DNA from: Octopus sinensis
Taxonomy: Eukaryota
Assembly (NCBI RefSeq): GCF_006345805.1
Contig: NC_043006.1
Span: 96,968,001-97,032,000 of the forward strand
Length of the DNA: 64,000 bases
Direction: 5' to 3'
Shown: positions 41,117 to 56,049 of the stretch, piece after piece
Numbering within the stretch: position 1 is the stretch's first letter
Layout of the letters: the number at the start of each line of letters is the position of its first letter
Notes under the pieces: generated by a model
The model's database searches: none
Seen by the model: the letters and a program-made list of their open reading frames with translations, nothing else
What the model was told of the DNA's origin: nothing
Made by a program: the position numbers and the translations under genes

Positions 41117-41149
41117 AATAAACACCGTTATTATTATAGCTACTACAAA

Positions 41150-42385
41150 ATGGGTGAGCTCGCAGAATCGTTAGCATGCTAAACAAAATGTTTGCTATTA
41201 CATCGCCCGTCTTTACGTTCTGAGTTCAAATTCCGCCGAGAAGTTGGTAAGATAAGCTTTTCTTCTCTAGGCACAAAGCCCGAAATTTCGGGGGAGGGTG
41301 CCAGTCGATTAGATCGACCCAGTACGCAACTGGTACCTAATTTATCGACCCCGAAAGGATGAGACGTAATAGCACACGAAATACCTATTTCTTTACTACC
41401 CACAAGGGGCTAAACACAGAGAGGACAAACAAGGACAGACAAACGGGTTAAGTCGATTAGATCGACCCCAGTGCGTAACTGGTACTTATTTAATCGACCC
41501 CGAAAGGATGAAAGGCAAAGTTGACCTCGGCGAAATTTGAACTCAGAACGTAACGGCAGACGAAATACTTATTTTTTTACTGCCCAAAAGGGGCTAAACA
41601 CAGAGAGGACAAAAAAGAACAGACAAACGGGCTAAGTCGATTAGATCGACCCCAATGCGTAACTGGTACTTATTTAATCGACCCCGAAAGGATGAGAGGT
41701 AAAGTTGACCTCGGCGGAATTTGAACTCAGAACCTAACAGCAAACGAAATACCTATTTATTTACTACCCACAAGGGGCTAAACACAGAGAGGACAAACAA
41801 GGACAGACATAGGTATTAAGTCGATTAGATCGACCACAGTGCGTAACTGGTACTTATTTAATCGACCCCGAAAGGATGAAAGGCAAAGTCGACCTCGGTG
41901 GAATTTGAACTCAGAACGTAACAGCAGACGAAATATCTATTTCTTTACTACCCACAAGGGGCTAAAAACTGGGAGGACAGACAAACGGGTTAAGTCGATT
42001 AGATCGACTACAGTGCATAACTGGTACTTATTTAATCGACCCCGAAAGGATGAAAGGCAAAGTCGACCTCCGCGGAATTTGAACTCAGAACGTAACGGCA
42101 GACGAAATACCGCTAAGTACTTCGACCGGCGTGCAAACGGTTCTGCCAGCTCACCGCCGTAAAGAAGTCGGTAAGATAAGCACCAGTGGAACGCTGGAGT
42201 CGATGTAAACGACTCAGCCCTTCCCACAAAATTTCACGCCTTGTACCTTTAGTAGAAAGGTTTATTATAGGGTGAGCTGGAGGAATTGTTAGCACGCCGG
42301 GCAAAACTATTTAGCGGCATTTCTTCTGTCTTTACCTTCTGAGTTCAAGTTCTGCAGAGGTTGACTTTGATTTTTATTCTTTCGG
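41150..42385. mobile_element. SINE family B cluster with a 184-bp tandem array (minus strand, 41260-42159)
   Basis: Units start at 41386, 41570, 41754 and 41938; single head at 42110-42159. Confidence 0.92.
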
Positions 42386-42387
42386 GT

Positions 42388-42535
42388 GCGGTAAGTAGTT
42401 TGCTTACCAACCACATGGTTCCGGGTTCAGTCCCACTGCGTGGCACACTGGGCAAATGTCTTCTACTATAACCTCGGGTCGGCCAAAGCCTTGCGAGTGG
42501 ATTTGGTAGACGGAAACTGAAAGAAGCCCGACGTA

Positions 42536-42590
<55 letters not shown>

Positions 42591-42825
42591 GTGTGTGTGT
42601 GTGTGTATGTTTGTGTGTCTGCGTTTGTCCCCCCAACATCGCTTGATAACCGATGCTGGTGTGTTTACGTCCCCTAACTTAGCGGTTTGGCAAACGAGAC
42701 CGACGGAACAAGTAGTAGGCTTCCAAAGAATAAGTCCTGGGATCGATTTGATCGACTAAAGGAGGTGCTCCAGCATGGCCACAGTCAAATGACTGAAACA
42801 AGTAAATGAGAAAAGAAAGAGAGAA
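42388..42825 (+). mobile_element. SINE family A
   Basis: Match to 710-1126. Confidence 0.9.
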
Positions 42826-42854
42826 AATAAGTACAATTTGAATGCTGGCGATCA

Positions 42855-43520
42855 ATTTAATCTACTTAGCCTCTCCCCTTTTCCTTGTGTTGAAATTTGA
42901 AACCATGAAACCATTATTATTGCTACTACAAAGGCAGTGAGTGGACAGGATCGTTAGCACGCCAGACAAAATATTTAGCGGTATTTCCTCCTTCTTTACG
43001 ATATGAGTTCGAATTTCGCGGAGGATGGCTTTGCCTTTCATTTCTTTGAAATTGATAATATAAGTACCAACAAAGTACTGGTGTGGATATAATGGACTTG
43101 CTAAAATTTCCACTAAAATTTCAGACGTTGTGTCTATACTAGAAAAGATTATTATTACTGCTGCATATACGGTGGTCTGGCAGAAACATTAGCATACCGG
43201 AGAAAATGCTTGGCGGAATTTACTCCGTCTTTACGTTATAAGCGCATATTCTGCCGCGGTACCCTTTGTCTTTTTTTTTCTTTCGAGGTCGGTGTAAGGA
43301 CAAGGTGAATGTCGGTGTCGACATAATGGACTTGTCCCCTACCTGAAAAAGTATAAATTTTCACCTACCATTTGTTTCAGTGTTTTACGTCCAGTTTTCA
43401 AATCTCAACCGGGTCGATAAATAAAGTACCAGTCAAACACTTTATTTTATCAGGGTCGATAGTATTTACTTAACTCTACTTAAAACTGCAAAATTGTACC
43501 TATGTGAGAGAACATTATAT
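42855..43520. mobile_element. Old, diverged SINE family B copies
   Basis: Repeated degenerate ATCGTTAGCACGCC..TCTTTACG..GTCGATAAATAAAGTACCAG motifs. Confidence 0.65.
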
Positions 43521-43920
43521 AACTCTTTACCTTTTTAAAAAAATTCCATAAAATTCTAATTCAGAAGAGCAGTAATCCACACCATTATCTAAAAAGAGAT
43601 TCTCGTTGAATGGTGGAGTATAACAAAAAAAGAAAAAAAACTAGAAAAATTAACAGTAAAGCAATAAGCAAAATTTACACCTGTTCGATGTGGGGTTTTC
43701 TTTTTTCTTTTCTAGTTTTCTCTTACTTTTAGTTTTGGGCTTGCAAGGTATGATAAGGGATCGTTCGTAAAACACCATGCATTTCAAAAGTGGTTACTGA
43801 GCTACTGAATGTTGAGAAACCCCGATTTAAGTTGTGCATGGACACACGAATACAAATATTTTACAACCATTGCAAAAACTAAAATGAATGTTGAAACATT
43901 GCACAAAAGAAAACAAGTAA

Positions 43921-44092
43921 TATGGGGTACCGAAAAGTTCCTGGCTTTGGACAGTTAATCCTGATTTTATTCAACATATTCCTCTCTCAGATTCACACTC
44001 TTATGGCAGTGGTCCTTCAGTTTTTCTAGGTTGGGCTCCCAGCTAGGCCATTCGCGACGCCCTTAAAGCCAGGAACCTCTCAGCTCGTTGTG
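43921..44092. mobile_element. Mariner-derived MITE, degenerate
   Basis: Inverted ends GAAAAGTTCCTGGCTTT ... AAAGCCAGGAACCTCTC. Confidence 0.65.
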
Positions 44093-44461
44093 TGTGCTCA
44101 GTAAATAAATATATTAACCAAATTCAGTTACCTAAAATAATATAGTAAGTGATGATTATATTTTACATCGAGTATACACATTTATTGGTCACTTATACTA
44201 TTGACGAACTGACATAATCGTTAAAGTGTCGGATAAAATGCATAACTATCATACAGATTACTACTGCCTACCTTTAGTAATCACCTATCGCTTAATAAAA
44301 CTAGTAGACAGTTATGTAGGTGGTCAAGAAGGATGATAGATTGGTAATTAGATAGACAATTAAATAGTAATTAGGTATCTAGTGGAAATATGTGGTCAAT
44401 TAATTGGCTTGCTAGTTTTGCAGCTATGAGTGCAGAAAAGAGAACAGCCCTTAAAAATACC

Positions 44462-44691
44462 TATTTCTTTATTACCCACACGGGGCTAAACACAGAGGGG
44501 ACAAACAAGGACAGACATAGGTATTAAGTCGATTACATCGACCCCAATGCGTAACTGGTACTTAATTTATCGACCCCGAAAGGATGAAAGGCAAAGTCGA
44601 CCTCGGCGGAATTTGAACTCACAACGTAACGCAGACGAAATACCGCTAAGCATTTCGCCCGGCGTGCTAACGTTTCTGCCAGCTCGCTGCC
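44462..44691 (-). mobile_element. Young full-length SINE family B (tail B) with TSD
   Basis: Flanked by direct repeat (CC)TTAAAAATACC at 44449-44461 and 44690-44702. Confidence 0.93.
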
Positions 44692-45679
44692 TTAAAAATA
44701 CCAGGATGGATAGTTGTTTAACTCAGCAGTTTGTTATTATTTAACCCAAACCTGCCTTAAAGGAACATTTGTATGATCTGAAATATTCGAGTCATGACCA
44801 TCTTCATAATTTTTCAGGCATGGATTTCATTAGTTAATGTGTTCTTTCATTCAAGATTGTAAGGTGTGAATTGAAGGTTAATTTGCTGCTATTTCTAGCT
44901 GTTTGACTTCCCAAAAAGAAACTCCGTCACTGGTAATATCTTGTAAAGTGATGCGTACAGTTTATTATAAAATGTGACGCAGAAGGATGACCAAAGAACT
45001 TACAGAAAGTTTAAAAAAAACAACAACAACAAACAGAAAACAATGGACGTGGATACACACCATCCCTCATCAGATATCGACCGAAAGTCATCGCAATTTC
45101 GACACCATGTACAGTTAGGTAGTGTCTATTTAGGGAGCTATAGGGTCTGTATAGAAGTTAGATAGGTATATAGCAAGTTGAGCTCGTTATCAGGTGGTCA
45201 GGTACAGTGAAAGTGGCTTCTTTGCAGTCGGATAGAGTAGAAATAAACGGTTAGGCTAGAGCAAGTTAATGAAACATGCTTGTGTTTATGATCAGAGATT
45301 AGGCAGGGTGGACGAAAAATATCGGGTGGTGATGTTGAAGAAATGTAATGAATGTTGTTGTTGCGTAACTTCAAGTCATCTTTGATCGAGAGTGATCTTG
45401 GCGATGGTGGAGGTGGTAGCGGTGGTGCAGAGATGATGCAGTAGAAAATAGCTACGACTATATCATTTTTGTCTTTCCTTTATTTAACACAATGGTGCGC
45501 GATTGTGTGTGTGTGTGTGTATGTGTGCGGGGGCGGCGAGATTTGAAGATTTGGTTGCTAATTCTCGCGGGTCTAGTGACTGTGTAGTTGCTTTGAGTGA
45601 TAACAGCGATAGCGCCGCACAATTGTAATGGTGGTGGTGGTGGTAGTGGTGGTGGATTGAGCGGAGTGCTGCTGTAGGG

Positions 45680-45715
<36 letters not shown>

Positions 45716-46119
45716 CAAAGTGGTGAACGAGGTGAGATGGAGGAGGGGAGATAATCGCAGTAAAGACGTGGAACAGCGGCAGTAGCATGACGTCGAGGTG
45801 CATGGCATAGCATGGAATGGCATAGCATGGTGCGGCATGGGGGCACGGGGCGGATCAGTGTATGGTAAGGTGCGGTGTAGTGTGGTAAGTTACGTGGTGG
45901 GCGTGGAAGGACACGGTGGACCTTGAGCCTGACATGGAACAACGGCGAGTATATGCCGGGTCGGCTAGCAGGATGGAGCACATCAAGAGCAAAGCAATTA
46001 TTCATTGCGTTGCCTAGGATGCTAGCAAAATTTACACCCGGTAATCCTGGATTATCTTTAGGATATTATAACACGCTGTGGGTATACGGGTGGGTTTTCT
46101 GATAGTGGATTCGCTAGTT

Positions 46120-47020
46120 AGTGGCAGTGGTGGCGACGGCGGTGGTGGTGGTCGTTATCGAGGTGGGGGAGTAGTGGTGGTGGTGGTGGTTCTCACAGTG
46201 GTGACGGAAGTAATAGCAGTGGTAGTGGTGGTGCTGTGGTGGAGGTGGTGGTGGTGGTGGTGGTGGTGGTGACAGTGGTGTTTGTTGTGACGGCTATTGT
46301 TGTGGTGGTGGTGATGGTGGTTTTCTGGGTGGAAGCAATGGTGGTGGTAGTGATGATGATGATGATGATGATGATGATGGTAGCAATGGTGCTGGTGGTG
46401 GTGCTGGTGGTGATAGTGACGGTGGTAGTTGTAACGGCTATAGCTGTAGTGGTGATAATTATGGTAGTGAAGATGAAGGTGGTGGTGGTTATGATTAGTA
46501 TGGCGGTGGTGATGGTGATGTCAGTGTTGGTGGTTGTGGTGGTGGCATGGTTGCAGTAGGGGTGGGATGGTGATGGTGTATGAGAGTTTTGATGGTGGTG
46601 ATGATGGTGGGGGTAATGATGATAGTTGTGGTGGTAGTGATGGTAGTTGTGGTGGTGGTGGTGGTGGTGACGTTGATGGTTGTCATGACAATGATGATTG
46701 TGGTGGTAGTGGTGTTAGTAGTGGAAGTGGTGATAGAGGAGGTGGTGATTGTCGTCGTTGTGTGGTGGTGAGGGTGGTGGGGGTGATAGAGGAGATGGTA
46801 TTGACGGTGGTAGTGGTGATAATATAGTAATACAAATAAGGGTGTTGGTAGTGGTGATGATGATAGTGGTGGTGCCTGTAGTGGTGTTTGTAATATTGGT
46901 AGTATTAATGCTTGCGATGGTAATAGTGGCAATAGTAGTTGTACGATTGTTGTCGATGGTAGTTGTGAGGTGGTAGTATCATCATCGTCATAAGGTGAAG
47001 TTATCGGTGATGGTGGTCAG
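46120..47020. repeat. Cryptically simple (GGT/GAT)n region
   Basis: Degenerate trinucleotide tract giving poly-V/G/T pseudo-ORFs. Confidence 0.9.
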
Positions 47021-47671
47021 GAAAGCCGTGGTTGAATTGTTATTGTTTAGCCCCTGGTCAGACCTCCTCAGGCAGATAGATCAAAGACATTCCAGCCCTG
47101 ACTATCTTTGTTTTTTCAATTTGCAAGGTACTCACACTCCCATTATCTAAAATATCTTTAACTGTTAGGAAGCTAGAGTAAGATTTGAAACTTCACTGCT
47201 CTTTCTAGCCAACCCATTAACCACACAGAGCAGTGGTCCTCACCATTGTTTTCCTATGCGCTGTTTCGCTCGGATGGATCCGCCTAACCATTTGATGTTA
47301 TGGTGTACAGATATTGCATATTAAGACGGAGGCAGTCAGAATTTTGGATAATTCTTTATTAGCGGTTTCGTATGTTTGATATAGTTATATCTTGAAGAGC
47401 TCGATTGAACGGATGAAAGCGCTAATAAAGAATTATCCAAAATTCTGACTGCAGCCGAAATTGCGAAGATGATCCGGTTCTTGACTGAAGATTGAAGGCT
47501 TCGAATGTCCCGTCCGTGTTTTTTGAATCGTCTTCTAAATGTTTCACGTTCTTGTCCCAGTTTGTATTTTTTTACATTTCCACACACACATATATATATA
47601 TATATATGAACAATAATAATAAGTATTATTACGATGTAATATATATATATATATATGCATGAATGTATGCG

Positions 47672-47703
<32 letters not shown>

Positions 47704-50700
47704 TACACTTCTAGTAAATCTAAGTATAATACATGTAATAATAATAATAATTTTAATGTGACTAGTGCAAATATGAACTGTCTTAATAACAATTGTGGTA
47801 CTTCAAAATAACATCGTGTCTAGGGACAAAATTAAAATTACAACTAAAGATATAAATAATTTACCAAGAAATTATGCTAATATCAACATTGGCAGTCTAT
47901 TGATACTGGAGATAATAATATTTATAACAATTCTTGTTATAATTACATTAATTCTAGTAATAAGAATTATAGTAATAATTACCCCAGTAACAAAGAGATT
48001 AAAGATAGTCATACCCATGTTAATTGTAACAATAGGAATAGCAGCAACAACAACGACAACAACAACAACAACAATAATAATACTTACGAGACTACTACTG
48101 GTAATATTACTGATACTATGGAAAAGAATAAGAATAAGAATAGTTATAATCCGAATTATTGTAATTGAAGACTACCCAACAACTGCCCCTGGGGTGGTCA
48201 TTGCTTACAATAAAATGCTATTTATAAACGCTCTGTTTAGTTATACTAGGTGCCAAAATTCGATACAAATATGTATTGGATCTTCTACTGATTTCAAAAT
48301 ACGCTACTTATCTCATGTCAGTTCATTTGATAATAAGACCAGTAAATTTTACACCTAGTTAGCAAATTATAACCTATAAATATTTCCTATAATATTAACT
48401 AGACGAGAAGAATTTACCAATGTGTCCGCACTGCTTGCAATCTCTACTGCATGGAAAATATTACGGGAGTATAGAAGTCTCCTTAGCGATCAGTGTGGGG
48501 CAAATACTTACTGCAGACAACTTTTATTAGAACGTTTATGTTTCATCATAGATCAATATGCACCAATCGACGAAGATAACTTTTCACCTCTATTTCGACC
48601 TAACATCCTCATTCTATATTTTATACACCTTTCTTCAGCTTTATTACATCTATAAGCTAGATTGTTTGATAATTCTGACCTACCTTTTTTTATGATATTT
48701 CACGGTCTTCAATTTCTGTTTATAATGATTATTTTATAACCGTCGACATTTTGCAGCTTAATTTTTATTCTCTATTCTATATTCCTATTCACTTACTTTC
48801 GTGTCTCTTTTTTCTTTTTATCATATCTTTGCTTTTATTTATCGTGGTTCCTCTCGCGCCTCGTCTACACGTTTGGTTGCTTATGCTGCATTAAGTCCGC
48901 CTAAAGGTCACTGCCACTCGCTCTTTCTTTTGTTCATTCTCTTTTCTCTTTTCTTCCTTTTCTCTAAATGAATTCTCTTTGATTCTACTTATATACCAGA
49001 ATAACATGTGTTTGAAAACCTGTCTGTGAATTCGAAATAATCCATCTAAACTCTGGATGTTCATCAAGACAACATATTAACGAAGTGAAGCCCTTCCACT
49101 ATGTAACTAAAGGCTACTACTGTGAAATAATACTTCAAACTAACATCTACTCCTCAAACAACGTATCGAAGACGGTTGGTGGATTTTGCTTGTATCTATA
49201 ATAAGACACTATAACAATGTAGAATTCTCTGGAAACAAATACAAAGAATGCAGATACTAAGAATTTTCTCTTTTCAATGGATTGCAAAACTACTAACACT
49301 CTATGAAGAAAATGAAAAAGAAAAGAACTGAACCACACACACACTCCTTGAATTTCTTTCACACTATAGTTATTTTCTATCTGTAAGAAAAGCCTTGCTT
49401 CGTAAAATGTTTAATTCATAAAGCTTGAGTTACACCATGCTGATGATTTCTAAAAAGAATGAAATAATGTTACACTGCATGATTGTCACTGACTAGGAAC
49501 TTTTAGAATTTTGTATGAAAGTTTAAAAAATTAAACATGAGTATTTTATGCTTCTTTTTTTATAATTCCTTAATTACAATTTCAAATTTCTGTTCATGCC
49601 AAATATTAGGAAAATATTATTATCACACTTATAATAATTGTTCTCTTGAGAACAACACGTCTTAAATTTATGACTTGTTGCGAATTCTCTAATTTCAACT
49701 GACTACGGGCCATTCATCTTTTCTGTACGTTTTTCTTTCTTTTTTCTGCTTTCTCTTTTCTATACTTATTTCCCCCCTTCTTTCTTTCCCTCACTTTCAC
49801 TTGTATCTTTTCGATCTCATAACCTTTCTTCCTTCTGCTGTTTCCTCCTCACTATCACAAATTTCCTTCGTCTTCCGTCTTCTCATGGAACTTTGTGTAT
49901 CCTTAAATATCGATTTACTACTTTAAAATTGACATTTTGACGCACCTTCTTCTGGAGAAAATATTCAACACACTTCCAGCTTGATCATATTAGTGTATCA
50001 GGCTAGGCTTACTTGTTGATAAAAGAATGTATTTCTTCGACATGTATTACTGCATCATATACAAACCCATTAAGGTTATACACATTATTACCTCAATAAA
50101 TCATCGAATGTTTGAAACAGCTGTAAAAAGTTTTCTAGGACTAAATCTTTTATTTGCCAAATATATCTGTCGTTGCGTTTAGGTAAAATCTTTTATGAAT
50201 ATGTGTGAGGCTTATGCACACATGCACATAAACCATACACATTCACAGACACATGCACACAACTGTATGGCGATTTTCATTATTGACATCCATCTCCTGA
50301 AGTGCACTCTCAGAGTATTAGTCAAAACCGAAGCTATGATAAAATACACTCCTCTCTAGGGTGCCGTGCAATGACATCGAACCTGCAACCATAAAGTCAG
50401 GATCCTAACTTTTGTAACTGCTCGTAAATAATTAGCTTTTATTTTTCCCTTTTGCTTTCATTTGCAGGATTTTCAAATTTACAATAAAACTTTCAAACTT
50501 ACAAAACTAACACGTCCATACCTATTTCCGTGTCAAAATTGATATTGCATCTTATCATTGCTAATTAGCTTTCCATCTAATCCTTTGATATGCTTCCATC
50601 GTATGTCTTTCCCAGTTTAATTTCTAATACATATAATTATAAAAAAACAAAAAAATACTTATAATTTCTAATTATGGAATTTAAAAACTTTTATTGAGTC

Positions 50701-50841
50701 ACAGAAGGTTTATAATGCGTCCATACTTGATTCCTGTCAAAAGTGATATTACGCTTTGTCATTTTTGATTAGTTTTCTATCTAATTTCGTTAATTATATT
50801 TCACCCCATAACTATCTCTCTCTCTCTCTCTTTTCTCTCTT

Positions 50842-50878
<37 letters not shown>

Positions 50879-50906
50879 CTCTCTCTCTCTCCTCTCTCTC
50901 TCTCTC

Positions 50907-52005
<1,099 letters not shown>

Positions 52006-52150
52006 GGAAAATTTCACAAAAAAACAGAAGACGAAGATAGGTGGTGTAGACAACAAACAGATGTATTAATTTAACGCTCGGAAAGTGAAAAGTGTTTAGC
52101 GTTTCGAGCCTACGCTTTTCCACAGAAAGGAACACAGAAAGAAACAAGGA

Positions 52151-52185
<35 letters not shown>

Positions 52186-52249
52186 GAGAGAGAGAGAGAG
52201 AGAGAGATTATGTATTGTATATTACATGTATACTACATATTATATATAT

Positions 52250-52440
52250 GTTTTCTTTTATTTGTTTTAGTCATTTCACTACGGCCATGCTGGAGTACCG
52301 TCTTTTGTCGAGGAAGCCGACCCCAGGACTTATTCTTTTTAAGCTTAGTACTTATTCTATCGACATCTTTTACCGAACCGCTAGTTACGGAGATGTAAAC
52401 ACACCAACATAGGTTGTCAAGTGACGGTGGTGGGGGTACA
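52250..52440 (-). mobile_element. SINE family A, 3' half
   Basis: GGCCATGCTGGAGTACCG..GACCCCAGGACTTATTC. Confidence 0.82.
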
Positions 52441-52837
52441 AAAACCGTTACAACTACAAATAAAAACAAAGACAATTCTATATCATAGTATATATTATAG
52501 CTCCTAAGCGCGTTTCATCATGATGGATGCTTGGAGCCTGCATTCGGTGTTCCAAATGCATTTAGATGGTTAAGCACAACAGATCACAGGGAAGACTTTT
52601 ATTGCATTAAGTTACAGATAATTATTTCGCTTACGTTTGCTCTGTAGATCATAACTAGTAATACTACTCCGTATAGAAGTTACTTAACTCTGCAGGAAGC
52701 AGACTGGATTATGATAATCCTCGTAGAGCTTTAAACATAACAGTAGCTGTTGTACATCTACTTCTACACACAATTTCTAGTATATATATATATATTATAT
52801 ATATATATATATATTATATATAATATATATATATATG

Positions 52838-52886
<49 letters not shown>

Positions 52887-52956
52887 ATGTGTGCTATATA
52901 ACATATGTATTTACATATATTATATTCATATATATATGTATGTATATATATGTATA

Positions 52957-53019
<63 letters not shown>

Positions 53020-53054
53020 GTATGTATATATATATGTATGTATGTATGTATGTA

Positions 53055-53089
<35 letters not shown>

Positions 53090-53092
<3 letters not shown>

Positions 53093-53503
53093 TTTACTCT
53101 TTACTTGTTTCAGTAATTCGACTGTGGCCATGCTGGAGCACCACCTTTTTGTCGAGCAAATCGACCCCAGGACTTATTCTTTGTAAGCCTAGTACTTATT
53201 CTATCGGTCTCTTTTGCCGAACCGCTAAGTTACGGGGACGTAAACACACTAGCTTCGGTTGTCAAGCGATGTTTGGGGGACAAACACAGACACACAAACA
53301 CACACATACACATACATATATATATATATACATATATACGACGGGCTTCTTTCAGTTCCCGTCTACCAAATCCACTCACAAGGCTTTAGTCGGCCCGAGG
53401 CTATAGTAGAAGACACTTGCCCAAGGTGCCACGCAGTGGGACTGAACCCGGAACCATGTGGTTTGTAAGCAAGCTACTTACCACACAGCCACTCCTACGC
53501 CTA
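53090..53503 (-). mobile_element. SINE family A, full length
   Basis: Reverse-complement match to 710-1126. Confidence 0.92.
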
Positions 53504-53769
53504 TATATATATATAGGGAGAGTTTACGAAAAAAACAAAAGACGAAGACAGGTGTCGTACAAAACAAACAGATGTATTAGTATAACGCTCAGGAGTAGAA
53601 AAAGTCTTTTACGTTTCGAGCCTACGCTCTTCTACAGAAAGGAATACAGAAAAAACAAGGAGAGAAAAAAATGTGTGTAGTGGCTAACGATCTATCATGG
53701 CGACTGGCAAGGGTATAGTAAGGGTATATATATATATATATATATGCATGTATCTCTATATACATATGC

Positions 53770-53970
53770 TGGTGTATATTTGTGTTCGTGGTTGTACCCA
53801 CTCACCGCTTGACAACCGGTTTTAATAACATAGCGGTTCAACAAAAGAGACCATTAAAATAAGCACCAGGCTTTAAAAATTAAGTACTGGGGTAGATTCA
53901 CTCGATTAAAAATTCAAGGCGGTGCCCCAACATGGCTGCAGCCTAATCAGTGAAACAAATATAAAGAATT
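53770..53970 (+). mobile_element. SINE family A, diverged 3' half
   Basis: CAAGGCGGTGCCCCAACATGGCTGCAG tail. Confidence 0.72.
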
Positions 53971-55217
53971 ACGAAAAGCAGAAACGTACACACACACACA
54001 CACACACACTCGCACAAACACACACATTCACACACACATGCACACGTATATGTTTAGATGCATACACACATATCTATATACATTTGTGTGTATGCATGTG
54101 CGCGTGCTTGAGAGATTTTGCACGTAGATCTGCTAGTGTCAACCCTTATGCTGAGTTGCGTTTCCTTCTGGTAACAACAGTAACAGAGCGATTGACTAAA
54201 ATTAATTTCAGATAGCAAAATATGCCTTGGCCTCGATAAGATCAGCTAAAACCGTTGAATGATGTGTCCAAGTAATGCCGTTACCCAATCATTAAAATTA
54301 GTATAAAAGTAAAATTATAATGCCCCCATTTTCTTTGTTCTAATATGTAGATATTCAACGAAAATTGTCCCCTTTGTAAAGAAAACAAGTCAATAGCAAC
54401 ACCAAACCATACACACATCCCCGAAGAAATCATTTCACAAAGTAGATTTGCTTCCCGATAAAATCTCATCGTATTTTACATTGAAAAATATTCTCTTTGT
54501 TACGAAATATGCAACATAAATGTATGAATGTTAATTAGTTAAATTACAACATATTAATTAATGCCCGTGCATTCTATGATTTCACTTTGCTACGAATGGT
54601 ATTCTATTCTGCAACTGAAGTAAATTCAGATTGCATATTCGGTTTTCATGGGAAGTTATATAATTGCATAATCTGACACCGAGTTCTCATAATATAATAT
54701 AGTGTTGAGAATCTAAAATATCAAACTACATGAATGCAATTCAAATATTCTGTTAATTAAGATAGACATATTTTTAATTAGAGAGAAATTAATAAATTGA
54801 TACTGGACTGGAAATTTAAAAGCCTCAGTTAGAGTCAAACATTTTTTGTACCCACGAATGCATAAAAGAAAAAGAAAAAAATTATTGATGACTACTAATG
54901 AGATTAATTTTCAGACTACGATAATAACGAAAATCACAGCTGCCCGTTCCAGCCAAAGTGCCGACGTTCTTCCTCCTGTCTCGAAGGGAAACAGATCACC
55001 GCTGTTAAAGACAGTTGAATTGCAAGGTGGATGAATTAATGCTTAATACTTTGTTAGTGTGCAAAACTAAGCTGAAATTTTCTGCTGAACATGCAGAAGT
55101 AGTTACAAAGTCACTAAAAGAATCACAACGGTTCATTTGCCCCCATTCTTTAAACGCTGAGCTATTTTCTTTTTTAACCTTCAATATTTAAAACAAAATT
55201 TTCTTCTGTAGAGTTAC

Positions 55218-55250
<33 letters not shown>

Positions 55251-55439
55251 TGCTCTTATGTGTGTATACAGGGTTGTGCAAAACAAAACACGTACAATAC
55301 TCATTTATTTTTATCAAAAAAAATTACAAGTTACGATAAGACTATTATCGTACCTATGATAAATGTATTCTTATGATTAATGATACTAATTTAATGTGCT
55401 AATAATTTTAATGAATTAAGTTCTATAACATCGATGTAT

Positions 55440-55780
55440 ACCTACTTTTGTACGCCCCTCAGCAATGCCATCACGCTTCAGGACCAGCTTCTGCAACAGC
55501 CTGGGTTTCAAGGGCCCACAGCTTTTTAATATTCTCCCAAAGAGTCTGAGGAACTTGCACAAAGTAGATGTAGCGGTTTTTAAGTCAAAGCTGGACATCT
55601 TCCTGTCAAGAGTCCCAGATGAACCTACCTCACAGCAAGAGGTGCAAATGAGAGTAGCTGTATCAAACTCCATTCTTCACCAAGTGCCACATATTAGACG
55701 AGGTTCGTCGCAATAACAGTGTAGCACAAAACGGCGGTGCATCAGCATGGCCGCAGCTCTGAGCTGAAACTAGAATTAAT
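55440..55780 (+). mobile_element. CR1-group LINE 3' end (ORF2 C-terminus and 3' UTR)
   Basis: FCNSLGFKGPQLFNILPKSLRNL..VAVFKSKLDIFLSRVPDEP; the 3' UTR ends in (TA)n. Confidence 0.82.
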
Positions 55781-56049
55781 ATATATATATCGTACTGACT
55801 TTCATGGGAAACATGTATTTTTGTGGTTGAAACCTTTTGGATTTACTAGTGCTAGAGTGAGCCATATAGTGACCACTTTCTTATATTTATTTTTGTATAA
55901 AATATTATAATATATTATAAAATATTATAATAATCCAGGTTTCTCGGGGCACTGGGCCACTTGGTGTTGAATAGATTAAATTAGTATCTAATTCTCTCAC
56001 CCTTATTAATTAATTATATATATATATAAATAGATATAGATATATATAT

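Noticed and set aside
41386-42110. Regular array that might suggest CRISPR
   Set aside because: Units are whole 184-bp SINE bodies with no unique spacers; eukaryotic context; no cas genes.
46236-46976. Gly-, Val- or Thr-rich ORFs
   Set aside because: Degenerate GGT repeat that is open in several frames on both strands.
47795-48358. 187-aa Ile/Thr-rich ORF
   Set aside because: Decayed AAT/AAC simple sequence.
49435-49480. CTGATGA...GAAA hammerhead
   Set aside because: No convincing stem I or stem III.
54916-55026. Possible exon (ttttcag|...aag|gt)
   Set aside because: Weak donor site, no recognisable peptide and no partner exons.
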